Below, piece by piece: positions 29,382 through 39,064 of a stretch of 64,000 nucleotides of DNA. Source of the stretch: Deferribacterales bacterium (GTDB lineage Bacteria; Chrysiogenota; Deferribacteres; Deferribacterales; Geovibrionaceae); assembly GCA_050253075.1 (NCBI GenBank), contig JBFWJS010000001.1, positions 224,001-288,000 on the forward strand, written 5' to 3'. Under the pieces are notes generated by a model. That model was not told the origin of the DNA, ran no database searches, and saw nothing but the letters and a program-made list of their open reading frames with translations. The stretch's first letter is position 1, and every line of letters starts with the position of its first letter. Both the position numbers and the translations under genes were made by a program.

Positions 29382-30904
29382 GCGAGAACCACCGTCTTCT
29401 TTAATAATTTGGAAATAAGTTCTTTCTTCAGCTCAAAGTCTCGTATCTCCATAGAGATATCGCCCTTGCTGGTGATCTTTATCACCACCGCATCTTCCTT
29501 CACTTCCACGGCCAGCTTCTTTATCTGCCCCTTGTGGGATCTGTCGAGTGCTATGGCTATGCGGAGCAGACCCGCCAGCTTTTCCACACGCTCCCTATCC
29601 CCTTCGTCCAGCAGGTTATAGTCGTCATGGCTGGATTTCGGAGGGCTCTTGCGGTGGTATCTGGCGATGTTGGCTATCATCTCCACTTCTTTTATGGAAT
29701 AGCCCACGAGCTCGCTGTGCTTTATCAGGTAATACGAGTGTTTATGGTGCTTTGAGTATGCGATGTGCTTCCCCACGTCACGCAGAATAGCCGCCGCCTC
29801 GAGGAGCAGCCAGTCCCTGCCCATAAGCCCGAGCTCCACTGCTAGCCCGTCGTAAAGCATATGAGCCAGCTTCATCACCTGTATGGCGCCCGATTCGTCA
29901 AATTCGAATTTATTACCTATCTCCAGCAGTCTGGAGTGTCTGATATTCTCTGTGTTGTTCTGAAAGGGGAGCTCTATCCCCATCCTGTTTATGGTGTCGA
30001 TGGTGAGCCCCGAGCGCAGTCCGCCCGAAAGGGTGTAAAATCCGCTCGCACCTGTCTCGTTCAGAACCATATCCGTCTGGATAGCAGCGGGCAGAATGAG
30101 GTCGCCCCTGTTCTCTTCCAGTCCTTCTGTTTTTATACGCTGAATGTAAGATTTTTGTGCGAAATCTTTAATAAATTTTTTAAGAAAGATACGCTCGACA
30201 TATTTAACGTTGCTGGCACGCACCAGTTTGTCTTTATAATGCTTCACCACGGCGACGTTGTTCATCGATCCGCCCGTGCATATGACCATATCCACGTCAC
30301 GTCCGAGCCCGACAGCCTGTAATGATCTTATGATGTGTTCCTTCATGGCCAGTATCTGGCATGATGTCGGAGGGTCGTCTTTGAGGAATTCACGCATCAG
30401 CCTGTTACACCCGAGGGGGAGACTGACGGATGTACCCATCTTTCCGTCCTCTATGATGGTGTATTCGGTACTGCCTCCGCCGATATCGACCACGACAGCC
30501 TTTCGCCCTGCGAGCTCAAAATTGGCGGTAGCAGCGAGGTATGTCAGGCGGGCTTCCTCCTCCCCTGATATCACCTCTATCTTTATCCCTGTGGCATCCT
30601 CGACGTGTATGAGCGCCTCGCCCATGTTGTCCGCCTCACGGAATGCCGCCGTCGCTATTGCCCTGATGGTCTCGCACCCTCTGCTTTCGGCGAGCTTCTT
30701 CACGCCGATGAGTGTCTCGACTATCCTCTCTATCACCTCGGGGGTGAAGTATCCGACGGTATATATCGAATCTCCCAGACGGAGCATAGCTTTATAATCT
30801 TCTAATATCCTGTAGCTCTTATCCTTTACTTCTGATATCTGCATGCGGAGGGAGTTGCTCCCTATGTCCACGACGGCTATGTTCAGATAGTCTCCTGCAC
30901 CCAT
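29378..30904 (-). CDS. ppx: Exopolyphosphatase / pppGpp phosphohydrolase
   Basis: DIGSNSLR, ATAAFREA, ISGEEEARL, DIGGGSTE, HHKHSYY, ARYHRK. Confidence 0.92.
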   Translation of the reverse strand: MGAGDYLNIAVVDIGSNSLRMQISEVKDKSYRILEDYKAMLRLGDSIYTVGYFTPEVIERIVETLIGVKKLAESRGCETIRAIATAAFREADNMGEALIHVEDATGIKIEVISGEEEARLTYLAATANFELAGRKAVVVDIGGGSTEYTIIEDGKMGTSVSLPLGCNRLMREFLKDDPPTSCQILAMKEHIIRSLQAVGLGRDVDMVICTGGSMNNVAVVKHYKDKLVRASNVKYVERIFLKKFIKDFAQKSYIQRIKTEGLEENRGDLILPAAIQTDMVLNETGASGFYTLSGGLRSGLTIDTINRMGIELPFQNNTENIRHSRLLEIGNKFEFDESGAIQVMKLAHMLYDGLAVELGLMGRDWLLLEAAAILRDVGKHIAYSKHHKHSYYLIKHSELVGYSIKEVEMIANIARYHRKSPPKSSHDDYNLLDEGDRERVEKLAGLLRIAIALDRSHKGQIKKLAVEVKEDAVVIKITSKGDISMEIRDFELKKELISKLLKKTVVLA

Positions 30905-30933
30905 TGATCACCTTTTAATAGAATATGGAACTT

Positions 30934-31677
30934 TTATTTTATAATACTATTAATCTCGTCCCATAATCCAGCAAAAGACCGTGCCGCAGATGATCTTGGT
31001 GCAAATTCTGCGACAGGAGCACGATGCAGGCCCATTTTTTCTACGTCTGCGCTGTAGGGCACCCAGCTTTCGAGGGGGCGCACACCATTTTCGCTGAAGC
31101 TGTCTGCTATGTCACGGTGCATTTTTTTTCGTCTGTCCATCATGGAAAAGAATGCGCAGACCTCCGTGTCGGTTATCTTTTCAGAGCGGAGGTGATCCAT
31201 CAGCATACCGCATGTCCGCACAGACAGCACTGTCGGTATCAGCGGCATAAGCATCACGTCAGACGCTCGGATGATGTTCTCCGACAGCAGACCTATCCCC
31301 GGGGGACTGTCCACAAGGAGCAGATCATACTCTTCGAACGCCTTTTTCAGAGCCGCTTTTATCACACGCTTCGGCTTCTTCTGCTCGCCGAGGACGATGT
31401 CCAGATTTCTATATGAAAAATCCGACGGCAGGATATCCACATTCTCGTAGTCGGTCGCCTTTATGCTTTTATCAAGACTGTTACCTTTTGTCAGAGCCTT
31501 GCTGATGTCCTTCTTTATCTTCGGCTTCACACGGAAATAATATGTGCATGCCGCCTGCGGGTCGAGATCCCACACGAGGGTTTTCAGCCCCGCCTTCCCT
31601 GCGAAATACGCAAGGTTCACAGTGGAGGCTGTCTTTCCCACGCCACCTTTGATGTTAAATACCGATACTACTTTCAT
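30934..31677 (-). CDS. ParA/MinD-family ATPase with no adjacent parB
   Basis: KGGVGKT deviant Walker A, WDLDPQ, VDSPPG; 4-bp overlap with the CHAD gene. Confidence 0.9.
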   Translation of the reverse strand: MKVVSVFNIKGGVGKTASTVNLAYFAGKAGLKTLVWDLDPQAACTYYFRVKPKIKKDISKALTKGNSLDKSIKATDYENVDILPSDFSYRNLDIVLGEQKKPKRVIKAALKKAFEEYDLLLVDSPPGIGLLSENIIRASDVMLMPLIPTVLSVRTCGMLMDHLRSEKITDTEVCAFFSMMDRRKKMHRDIADSFSENGVRPLESWVPYSADVEKMGLHRAPVAEFAPRSSAARSFAGLWDEINSIIK

Positions 31678-33101
31678 TTGAATAATTCTCCGAATAAAGG
31701 CTTATAGTCCATAAAGGACATGATGAGCCTGAGTGCCTTTTCCCGCTCTGCCGCCTGTTTATCAGCGAGCACCGCCGTGAGGAATCCGCAAGCAGAGGCT
31801 GTCTTCGGGCTCCATTTACCGCTCTCCACCAGCTCTTCCAGCATCAGCTGCTGGACATGATAGTCGTTGTGGTCGCCGAGGGAATCCTGCAGAACCTTCA
31901 TATCCTTCAGCATGGGAGCGGTCTTCTCTTTGTCGAAAAGTGATGAATAGAACTCCAGCAGATACCTTATCTTTTTGAAACTGATGCGTATCTGATGCAC
32001 CTCGTCCGAGTGGGTCTCTGTGTTCATCCCTTCCGCCTGTTTCTCTATCTCTTCGAATGCCTGCCATATGGCTTTTTTCGCCACGGGCAGTACGGGTCTT
32101 TTGCCTTTTTCCGTCGCCGTCTTTTTTGATTTTATAACCTTTCGCCAGTCCTTTGCGAGTTTCTTAAACTCTCCGCCTGAGAGGTAATCGCCCAATTTTT
32201 TATATTCGGCTTCACGGGTCTTTGTGAAATGTGCGGCGAGCTCGCTCATCCCGCCCTTCAGCCACTGAGGAAGCATCCTCTCATAGTCGTCCAGACGCTC
32301 CATATACACGTCCATATCCCTCGCCAGCCCCGTCAGACTGCCGAGCACCCTGAACCTCGCACGGAACTCTTTCTCCACCGCTTTGTCAAAAACGCCCCGC
32401 ACGATAGACATGGCAGAGCGCATCCTGCGGACAGACACTCTGAAATCGTGCAGAAACTCTATATCAACGTCGTTTATTATCCCTTCGGTATTCTTCTCCA
32501 TCACATAGAGCAGGTGGGAGTATATCCCGCCCATCACCTCATACACGGGCATGTCCGGCTCAAGACTCAGCACAGGCTTCGCACTATAAGTGATCAGCTC
32601 GTCCCCCGATGCCTTTATCACCTCTTTCACCACATCGCCGAATGTACCGTCCTCGGCATTCAGCTTAGACACCCCTTTCGATACATCTTTATCATATCCA
32701 CGGAGAGGCTCAAGGTTCATCGCCCATACTTCACCGCCGTCCGTCTGAAAGGCGTACACAGACCCCTTGGCAATGGTCTTTTCCAGATCGTCCAGCATCA
32801 CCACGCCGTATCTCCCAACTGTCAGTTTATGCTTTTCCAGCAGGACACGTGGTTTTATTATCCCCTGCACCTTCGCAGTGAGCTCTGCGTCGTCCATGTC
32901 TGCATATTCCTTATCTCCCCCCGGGCCAAAGAGCAAAACTCCGCCCGAATCCTTTGCGCACAGGCAGAAGCCCTTGCCCATCAGGAGATAGTCATAGCTG
33001 TCCATAACAGTCATCTCCTCCGAGCCTTCGTAGGAATAGTTAAATATACATCCGCCGGAGGTCTCGGGACGTTCTTTCAGTATCAGATATGTATCAGTCA
33101 T
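31674..33101 (-). CDS. CHAD domain (polyP-binding) protein with an N-terminal region that may be a degenerate CYTH-like domain
   Basis: EFLHDFRVSVRRMRS, LARDMDV, VHQIRISFKKIRYLLE, LQDSLGDHND. Confidence 0.9.
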   Translation of the reverse strand: MTDTYLILKERPETSGGCIFNYSYEGSEEMTVMDSYDYLLMGKGFCLCAKDSGGVLLFGPGGDKEYADMDDAELTAKVQGIIKPRVLLEKHKLTVGRYGVVMLDDLEKTIAKGSVYAFQTDGGEVWAMNLEPLRGYDKDVSKGVSKLNAEDGTFGDVVKEVIKASGDELITYSAKPVLSLEPDMPVYEVMGGIYSHLLYVMEKNTEGIINDVDIEFLHDFRVSVRRMRSAMSIVRGVFDKAVEKEFRARFRVLGSLTGLARDMDVYMERLDDYERMLPQWLKGGMSELAAHFTKTREAEYKKLGDYLSGGEFKKLAKDWRKVIKSKKTATEKGKRPVLPVAKKAIWQAFEEIEKQAEGMNTETHSDEVHQIRISFKKIRYLLEFYSSLFDKEKTAPMLKDMKVLQDSLGDHNDYHVQQLMLEELVESGKWSPKTASACGFLTAVLADKQAAEREKALRLIMSFMDYKPLFGELFK

Positions 33102-33557
33102 TTATAAAAGCACCTTCTGTTGTATTACATTGACGAGGCATCCGTCTTCGATGTGTATGACAGAGCCCTTTTTGAGGACTATATTAAGATTTCCGTTTGA
33201 TAGATATTCAGAGGCGAATTCAGACATGTCGGGCTCGTGCCCCACAATGGCAATGCTCTCGGCATCTGCGAATTCGTTCAGGACAGACATATAGCCTGCA
33301 CTGACAGCACCGGGGTTCAGACAGCCCCGAACGATGTATTCTACGCCGCAGTGACGGCAAAGTATCTCTGCTGTCTCAAACGCACGGTTTGCTTCGGATG
33401 TAATTATTTTTTCGGGTTTTGCATAGATTGAAAAGAATTTTGAGAATGCCTTATCAGCCCTCGAACGCCCCTTTGCTGTCAAAGGACGCTTTATATCAGG
33501 CTCGTTCCAGATCAGCCTGTCTTCAGCATGTCCGTGTCTTATAAGGTATATTAGCAT
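33102..33557 (-). CDS. sixA: SixA-like histidine phosphatase
   Basis: LIRHGHAE, RPLTAKG, RAFETAE, VGHEPD; ATG at 33557 follows RBS GAGGAG. Confidence 0.85.
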   Translation of the reverse strand: MLIYLIRHGHAEDRLIWNEPDIKRPLTAKGRSRADKAFSKFFSIYAKPEKIITSEANRAFETAEILCRHCGVEYIVRGCLNPGAVSAGYMSVLNEFADAESIAIVGHEPDMSEFASEYLSNGNLNIVLKKGSVIHIEDGCLVNVIQQKVLL

Positions 33558-33668
33558 ATGCTCCTCTACTAAGAAATTACCAGAAATCGGCAATCAACTC
33601 AATAAAAGAGTCATTTTTGTGCAATATTTTCAGAAAATGTCAAATTTTTTACAAATTTGATAAAAAAT

Positions 33669-33896
33669 TTAAACTGTTTGCGGGCATCCATAGCGCACAT
33701 AGCTTCTTATCGCTATGAGAGCCATATCTGCGAATTTTGCTTCGCCTTCGTTCAGTGCTACGTGGCCTTCTGCATCTATGTCGAATGCTGCCACTGTCAT
33801 GCCTTCTGAGTTAGCCACCGTACCCTTACCGCAGGATATATGTACTGTCCAGCCGGCGAATGAAATCTCGCCTGTTTCGATCTTTGTGTAATCCAT
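33669..33896 (-). CDS. Small hypothetical protein
   Basis: 75-aa ORF with RBS AGGAG, downstream of satP; no family recognised. Confidence 0.65.
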   Translation of the reverse strand: MDYTKIETGEISFAGWTVHISCGKGTVANSEGMTVAAFDIDAEGHVALNEGEAKFADMALIAIRSYVRYGCPQTV

Positions 33897-33962
33897 ATCC
33901 AACTCCTAGGACAGGAAAGCAGAAACGGCGGCACAATGACCGCCGTTAGTGCTAAAACCTTA

Positions 33963-34592
33963 TTATTCGCCAAGAGGGAGAACAGTTCTGCCGTATACTT
34001 CGTTAAGTATCTGGGCAGCACCTGTATACATTGCTGCAAGGCCGCAGAGTACACCTTCAAATCCAGCAAATCTCTTGATCGCAACGCTGTGGAACATATC
34101 GCCCACCGCAAGGAGTATAAAGAGAATAGTCAGAAGGAAAAATACCATCTGAAGAGCTTTGCTCAGCTTGAATGTTCCTACGAAGAGGATCATTGTGAAA
34201 AGACCCCAGAGGAAGAGGTAAGCTGTCATAGCTGTTGTAGTAGGTGCGTCGAAAATACCGAATTTAGGAAGCACAATGATCGCAACCAGTGTCAGCCAGA
34301 AAAGGCCGTAGGATGTGAACGCTACTGTACCGAATGTGTTCTTCTTTTTCCATTCCATGATACCGACGATGATCTGTGCCATACCGCCGTAGAAAATACC
34401 CATAGCGAGTATTGCACTACCGATACCGAACAGGCCGATATTGTGAAGGTTAAGAAGTATTGTTGTAAGACCGAATCCCATAAGACCGAGTGGAGCAGGG
34501 TTAGCTGTTGTATCAGCGATAACTGTCTCTGCTACCTTTGTCGCGTGATCAAGTGGTGTCACACTAGCAGTTGCTTCTGCTTTATTAGCCAT
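33963..34592 (-). CDS. satP: Acetate/succinate transporter (GPR1/FUN34/YaaH family)
   Basis: [12 protein letters not shown] signature, [20 protein letters not shown]. Confidence 0.93.
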   Translation of the reverse strand: MANKAEATASVTPLDHATKVAETVIADTTANPAPLGLMGFGLTTILLNLHNIGLFGIGSAILAMGIFYGGMAQIIVGIMEWKKKNTFGTVAFTSYGLFWLTLVAIIVLPKFGIFDAPTTTAMTAYLFLWGLFTMILFVGTFKLSKALQMVFFLLTILFILLAVGDMFHSVAIKRFAGFEGVLCGLAAMYTGAAQILNEVYGRTVLPLGE

Positions 34593-35072
34593 AAAAAAAT
34601 CCTCCATACCTGATGTGATTTCAACATTTTAAAAAATACGGCGATATGTTTTCATCAATAATAAAACACATCCTTATTCTTAAGAGAGTATATATATAGT
34701 TATTAAGAATTGTTCAATAGAAATTTACTATTTTAAAATATACTAAAAATGTCGTGAATAATCACAAAACTATGTTCTTTTATTATTAAAAAATCTATAA
34801 AATATTACTAAAATATGCTTTTTTATTGATAGTTAATCTCAGTACCATTCTTTAACTATATAAAAAAAAGTTAAATTATAATTTTGTTTTATTTTCTAAA
34901 TATTAATTTTTATTAATTACGACTAAAATGCTGGTTTATTTTGAGTTTTCTAAGCATTAACTTTGTTTACTCATAAATAAAACCTATTGTCTGTATAAGT
35001 TAAAGTTATGATTGTGAAGCCCGTCAGGATGACTTATAGTAAAGATGTAGATAACATAAGCAGGTTCTTAAT

Positions 35073-35981
35073 ATGATTAAACTAAGCGACATACAGATAT
35101 TAAAGCTGGGGAAGACCCTGCATCATATAAAAAACAACAATTTCTTTTATGGTCAGTTATTTATAGATGACCGCATCAGTTCATACGAGGCTCTCGCCGA
35201 ACTCCCCTTCATGACATACGAAAAGCTGGCACAGGGATACCCCTTTGCATACAGCTGTGCAGATACGAAAGGGCTGGTCAGCGCACATGTACATACAGTA
35301 AACAAAGAGCCCGTCATGAATTTGTTCACAGACACCGACATACTCCACATAGCAGAGATGACAGCGAGGACATTCAGCATAGCCGAGATATCCGACGAGG
35401 ATACATTATTATTAATGAGCCATGAAAATATGTGCCCCGCATTTACAAACGTGTCTGAAAAGCTCCGCCATTTCCTAATACATTCAGGGGATGTAAACCA
35501 TAGTAAACTCTTCGACCTGATAAACGACACGGACGCAAGCTGCCTGTTAGGCGACACGAAGGACATATACGATTTTGTGGAATACTGCCGCGAAAAGGGT
35601 CTCGACCTTGAATCCTCATCACTCCGTGCGGGCGTCTTCTGCGGGAAACCGCTCACCGAAGGCACACGTAAACACATAGAGAAAGAATCCGGCATGCATA
35701 TATATATGACGGCAGGATTCGGACCTTTCCTCCACGGCATGGCCACCGACTGTGCCGAGCACGACGGTATGCACCTCTGGGACGACCACTACATAGCGGA
35801 GATAATAGACGAAAACGGCAAAGTTATCCCCGACGGCGAAGAGGGCGAACTGGTAGTAACGACACTGTCGCTGGAGGCTCTCCCGCTCATCAGGTTTAAA
35901 ACAGGTAAAAAGTCTAAGATTTTATCCAGAGAAAAGTGCGCATGCGGACTGCACACGGTAAAGATCGCCTACCCTTCCTAA
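35073..35981 (+). CDS. Truncated, degenerate phenylacetate-CoA ligase-like protein
   Basis: LAELPF, YPF, GMHLWDDHYIAEIID, GEEGELVVTTLSLEALPLIRF, CACG; no SSGTTG loop and no C-terminal domain. Confidence 0.75.
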   Translation: MIKLSDIQILKLGKTLHHIKNNNFFYGQLFIDDRISSYEALAELPFMTYEKLAQGYPFAYSCADTKGLVSAHVHTVNKEPVMNLFTDTDILHIAEMTARTFSIAEISDEDTLLLMSHENMCPAFTNVSEKLRHFLIHSGDVNHSKLFDLINDTDASCLLGDTKDIYDFVEYCREKGLDLESSSLRAGVFCGKPLTEGTRKHIEKESGMHIYMTAGFGPFLHGMATDCAEHDGMHLWDDHYIAEIIDENGKVIPDGEEGELVVTTLSLEALPLIRFKTGKKSKILSREKCACGLHTVKIAYPS

Positions 35982-36898
35982 AAGGTATGCTCATAGCCTG
36001 AGTCTGAGATATCCGTCTGTTCACCGTCTTTTTCGAGACAAACGCCCCGCCCCGCTTCCACACGGCCTATGCGTATAGATTTAGGCGACATCATTTCGAG
36101 CTCTTTCACATCTTTTTCATCTATAGTATATAGGAGGGCAAACTCCTCACCCGAACCTATGGCAAACACCACGTCTTTATTCTCCAGATGATCCACAGGG
36201 ATGCGGTCAGACTCTATCACCATCTTAACACCGCTCATATCAGCTATGTGGGAAGCGTCACGACCGAGACCGTCGCTGATGTCTATGCACGATGTGGCTA
36301 TCCCCGTCTTTCCCAGCAGGTCGCCGAGCTCCGTCTCTGCCTTTACCAGATAATGATTATATGTAACTGATCCTTCGCTTTGCTCAGGACGACTCCCACT
36401 GCCTGTCTCAGCAGCCAGCTCTTTATCAAGGAGCTCACGCACACGCCCCACAGGCCTCGACATATATATAATATCGCCCGCTTTCGCACCCGAACGGGTG
36501 AGGACATGCTCGTTTTTCCTGCCTATGATAGTAACTGATATGAAAAGTGAGTCTTTGGATGATGTTGTGTCTCCGCCGATTAGCTTCACGCCGTAAGCAT
36601 CGAACGGTCTAACCATATCCCCGGCGGTTATGTCATACCCCGCAGGTATGGCTATGCCGAGCAATCCGAGCTCTGCCGTTCCGCCCATTGCGGCTATGTC
36701 GCTTACGTTTGCGGTGACAACCTTACGCATGATGTGCATTATGGGTGCGCCCTTTGTAAAGTGCACGCCCTCTGCCATGATGTCCTTACAGACCAATGTA
36801 TCGCCGAACAAGGCGGCATCATCTCCTACCCCTAGTGTGACACCGCTCTTATCCAGCATTGAAGACAGACTCTCTATAAGAGAGAATTCCTTCTTCAT
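35978..36898 (-). CDS. thiL: Thiamine-monophosphate kinase
   Basis: GVGDDAA, EGVHF, NVSDIAAMGG, IGGDT, IDISDGL, GEEFAL, GYEH. Confidence 0.93.
   Translation of the reverse strand: MKKEFSLIESLSSMLDKSGVTLGVGDDAALFGDTLVCKDIMAEGVHFTKGAPIMHIMRKVVTANVSDIAAMGGTAELGLLGIAIPAGYDITAGDMVRPFDAYGVKLIGGDTTSSKDSLFISVTIIGRKNEHVLTRSGAKAGDIIYMSRPVGRVRELLDKELAAETGSGSRPEQSEGSVTYNHYLVKAETELGDLLGKTGIATSCIDISDGLGRDASHIADMSGVKMVIESDRIPVDHLENKDVVFAIGSGEEFALLYTIDEKDVKELEMMSPKSIRIGRVEAGRGVCLEKDGEQTDISDSGYEHTF
36369..36393. repeat. Half-copy of repeat family A inside thiL
   Basis: Reverse complement GTCGTCCTGAGCAAAGCGAAGGATC matches GTCATCCTGAGCATAGCGAAGGATC at 23/25. Confidence 0.8.
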
Positions 36899-36902
36899 TT
36901 TA

Positions 36903-37520
36903 TTAAAACCTTTCGACCTGCTCCCGCAGTATGGAAGCAGCCCCTTTAGGGTCAGCCGAGGCGCATATGGCGGACGACACGGCTACGCCTGTCACCCCTG
37001 TGCCCCTAAGCTGAGCAATGTTTGAAGCGCCTATCCCGCCGATAGCCACTGCAGGTTTCCCCGCTGCCGCCACCAGTTTTGCTATCCCTTCGGGACCGAT
37101 CAGACCTCTCAGGTCTGCCTTAGTATCCGTAGGAAAAGCAGGACCGACACCGATATAATCCGCTATCTGAGCAGTCCGCACATCGTCCATATCGTTGCAT
37201 GAGTAGCCGTACACCATATCGGGGAACTTAGCCTTTGCCTCTGCGAGAGGCACGTCTTTTATCCCCACATGCACAGCTTTCGCACCGAGAGTGAGGGCGA
37301 TGTCGAGCCTGTCGTTCACAACGAAAAGCACGTCTTTCCCCTCGAGGAGCTGCATTATCCTGCGCCCCCTGTCGAACATCTCTCTGGACGATGCGCCCTT
37401 ATCACGGAGCTGGATGCATGTCACTCCGCCGTCCACGACAGCAGGAATGAACTCCTCCAGAGGCATTTTCAGCATGCCCGTCTCCAGCACAAGGTACAGC
37501 TTCAGATAGTTATCTATCAT
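36903..37520 (-). CDS. thiE: Thiamine-phosphate synthase
   Basis: IQLRDK, VNDRLD, DYIGVGPAFPTDTK, VAIGGI. Confidence 0.95.
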   Translation of the reverse strand: MIDNYLKLYLVLETGMLKMPLEEFIPAVVDGGVTCIQLRDKGASSREMFDRGRRIMQLLEGKDVLFVVNDRLDIALTLGAKAVHVGIKDVPLAEAKAKFPDMVYGYSCNDMDDVRTAQIADYIGVGPAFPTDTKADLRGLIGPEGIAKLVAAAGKPAVAIGGIGASNIAQLRGTGVTGVAVSSAICASADPKGAASILREQVERF

Positions 37521-38792
37521 TTACTTCTTTTTTCCTTCGTCTATCTTCACGGCACAGAGCTTTCCGCACATGGTGCAAGAGTCGAACTCTTTATTGTGTC
37601 TGAATTTCTTTTTCGCTGTCTCAGGGTCGAGGCAAAGCTCGAACTGTTTCTCCCAGTTGAGCTCTTTTCTGGCGATACCCATAGCAACGTTGCGTTCCCA
37701 TGCTCCGGGGATACCTTTCTCTATATCTGCGATGTGGCCTGCGATACGGGAAGCCATAACGCCCTCGTAAACATCGTCTACGTCAGGCAGGCAAAGGTGT
37801 TCGGCAGGAGTAACATAGCAAAGGAAATCCGCACCCGCAGCACCTGCGATAGCCCCGCCTATGGCGGATGTTATGTGGTCGTACCCTGCGCCGATATCTG
37901 TCGGCAGCGGGCCGAGGATGTAAAACGGAGCATCGTCACACAGCCTTTTCTGAAGCTGCATGTTTGTGACTATCTGGCTGAGGCGGACATGCCCCGGCCC
38001 TTCTATCATCACCTGTACCCCACGCTCACGGGCACGCTTGCCCAGCTCGCCGAGTATCATAAGCTCGTCTATCTGCGGTCTGTCAGTGGCATCTGCAATA
38101 GCACCCGGGCGGAAACCGTCGCCGAGGCTGAGTGTCACGTCGTATTTGAAGGCTATGTCGAGCAGGTCGTCATAGTATTCGAAGAGCGGGTTTTCTTTGC
38201 CGTTCTTACGTATCCAGTTTGCGAGGATAGATCCGCCGCGGGAAACTATGCCGCATGTCCTGTCGCTGTTGTCCATTCTGGCTACGGATTCTTTTGTGAT
38301 ACCGCAGTGGACAGTGATATAGTCCACGCCTTCACGGCACTGTGTCTCTATGTTTCTGAGGAGGACTTCCTCATCGATATTGTCTGTTGTCAGGTCTTTC
38401 ATAGCGAGCTCTGCGGCCACTGCGTATATAGGCACTGTCCCGAGCATTACGGAGCATTTCTCCTCTATCCTTCTGCGGACTTCGTTCAAATCGCCCCCTG
38501 TGGAGAGGTCCATAACGCTGTCTGCGCCCGCACGGAGAGCAGCATCCAGCTTCTCCAGCTCTATATCGATGAACGGACAGTCGCCCGATGTACCGATGTT
38601 GGCATTTACCTTTGTCTTCATCTTTTTACCGATGGCACGAACGTCAAAGTTTCTGTTAACGTTCTTAGGTATTACAACCTTGCCCTCTGCGATGAGCTGT
38701 CTGAGTTCCTGCACATCTATCTGTTCATCCTTTGCTACCTTTTCCATCTCCGGAGAGATGATTCCGTCTTTCGCCATTTGTAACTGAGTCAT
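37521..38792 (-). CDS. thiC: Phosphomethylpyrimidine synthase
   Basis: KVNANIGTS, MDLSTGG, SLGDGFRPG, MIEGPGH, CYVTPAEHL, CTMCGKLC. Confidence 0.97.
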   Translation of the reverse strand: MTQLQMAKDGIISPEMEKVAKDEQIDVQELRQLIAEGKVVIPKNVNRNFDVRAIGKKMKTKVNANIGTSGDCPFIDIELEKLDAALRAGADSVMDLSTGGDLNEVRRRIEEKCSVMLGTVPIYAVAAELAMKDLTTDNIDEEVLLRNIETQCREGVDYITVHCGITKESVARMDNSDRTCGIVSRGGSILANWIRKNGKENPLFEYYDDLLDIAFKYDVTLSLGDGFRPGAIADATDRPQIDELMILGELGKRARERGVQVMIEGPGHVRLSQIVTNMQLQKRLCDDAPFYILGPLPTDIGAGYDHITSAIGGAIAGAAGADFLCYVTPAEHLCLPDVDDVYEGVMASRIAGHIADIEKGIPGAWERNVAMGIARKELNWEKQFELCLDPETAKKKFRHNKEFDSCTMCGKLCAVKIDEGKKK

Positions 38793-38865
38793 AGTTCAAG
38801 TACTCCTATCATTTTCTCGAAACGCCTCACCGAAGTGACCTTCAGCATGACGTCAAGCAAGCACA

Positions 38866-38902
38866 AAAAGTAAACCCCCGAAGGTATGCACCAGCGGGGG
38901 TC
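38866..38902 (-). terminator. Terminator in the riboswitch expression platform
   Basis: Minus strand GACCCCCG-loop-CGGGGGTTTACTTTT between the TPP aptamer and thiC. Confidence 0.7.
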
Positions 38903-38926
38903 AGATGATTACATATAGTTTATATC

Positions 38927-39006
38927 ACCGTTTCCTACGCCGGAATTACCCGGATCAGGTTTAAAGGGTATCTCTCAGCCGCTTTTTCAGCAGCACCCCC
39001 AGGGTC
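38927..39006 (-). ncRNA. TPP riboswitch
   Basis: Minus strand GGGGTGC...GCTGAGAGATACCCTTTAAACCTGATCCGGGTAATTCCGGCGTAGGAA, the THI-box consensus, upstream of thiC. Confidence 0.96.
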
Positions 39007-39064
39007 GTTAATTTCGTATATACAGTTTTTTAAACTTTTTGACAAGTCTCTTTTGCGGAGTGTA

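Noticed and set aside
37269..38783. Long antisense ORFs (also 25833-26978, 58023-59351, 46109-46966 and others)
   Set aside because: They lie opposite well-recognised genes and show no protein motifs.
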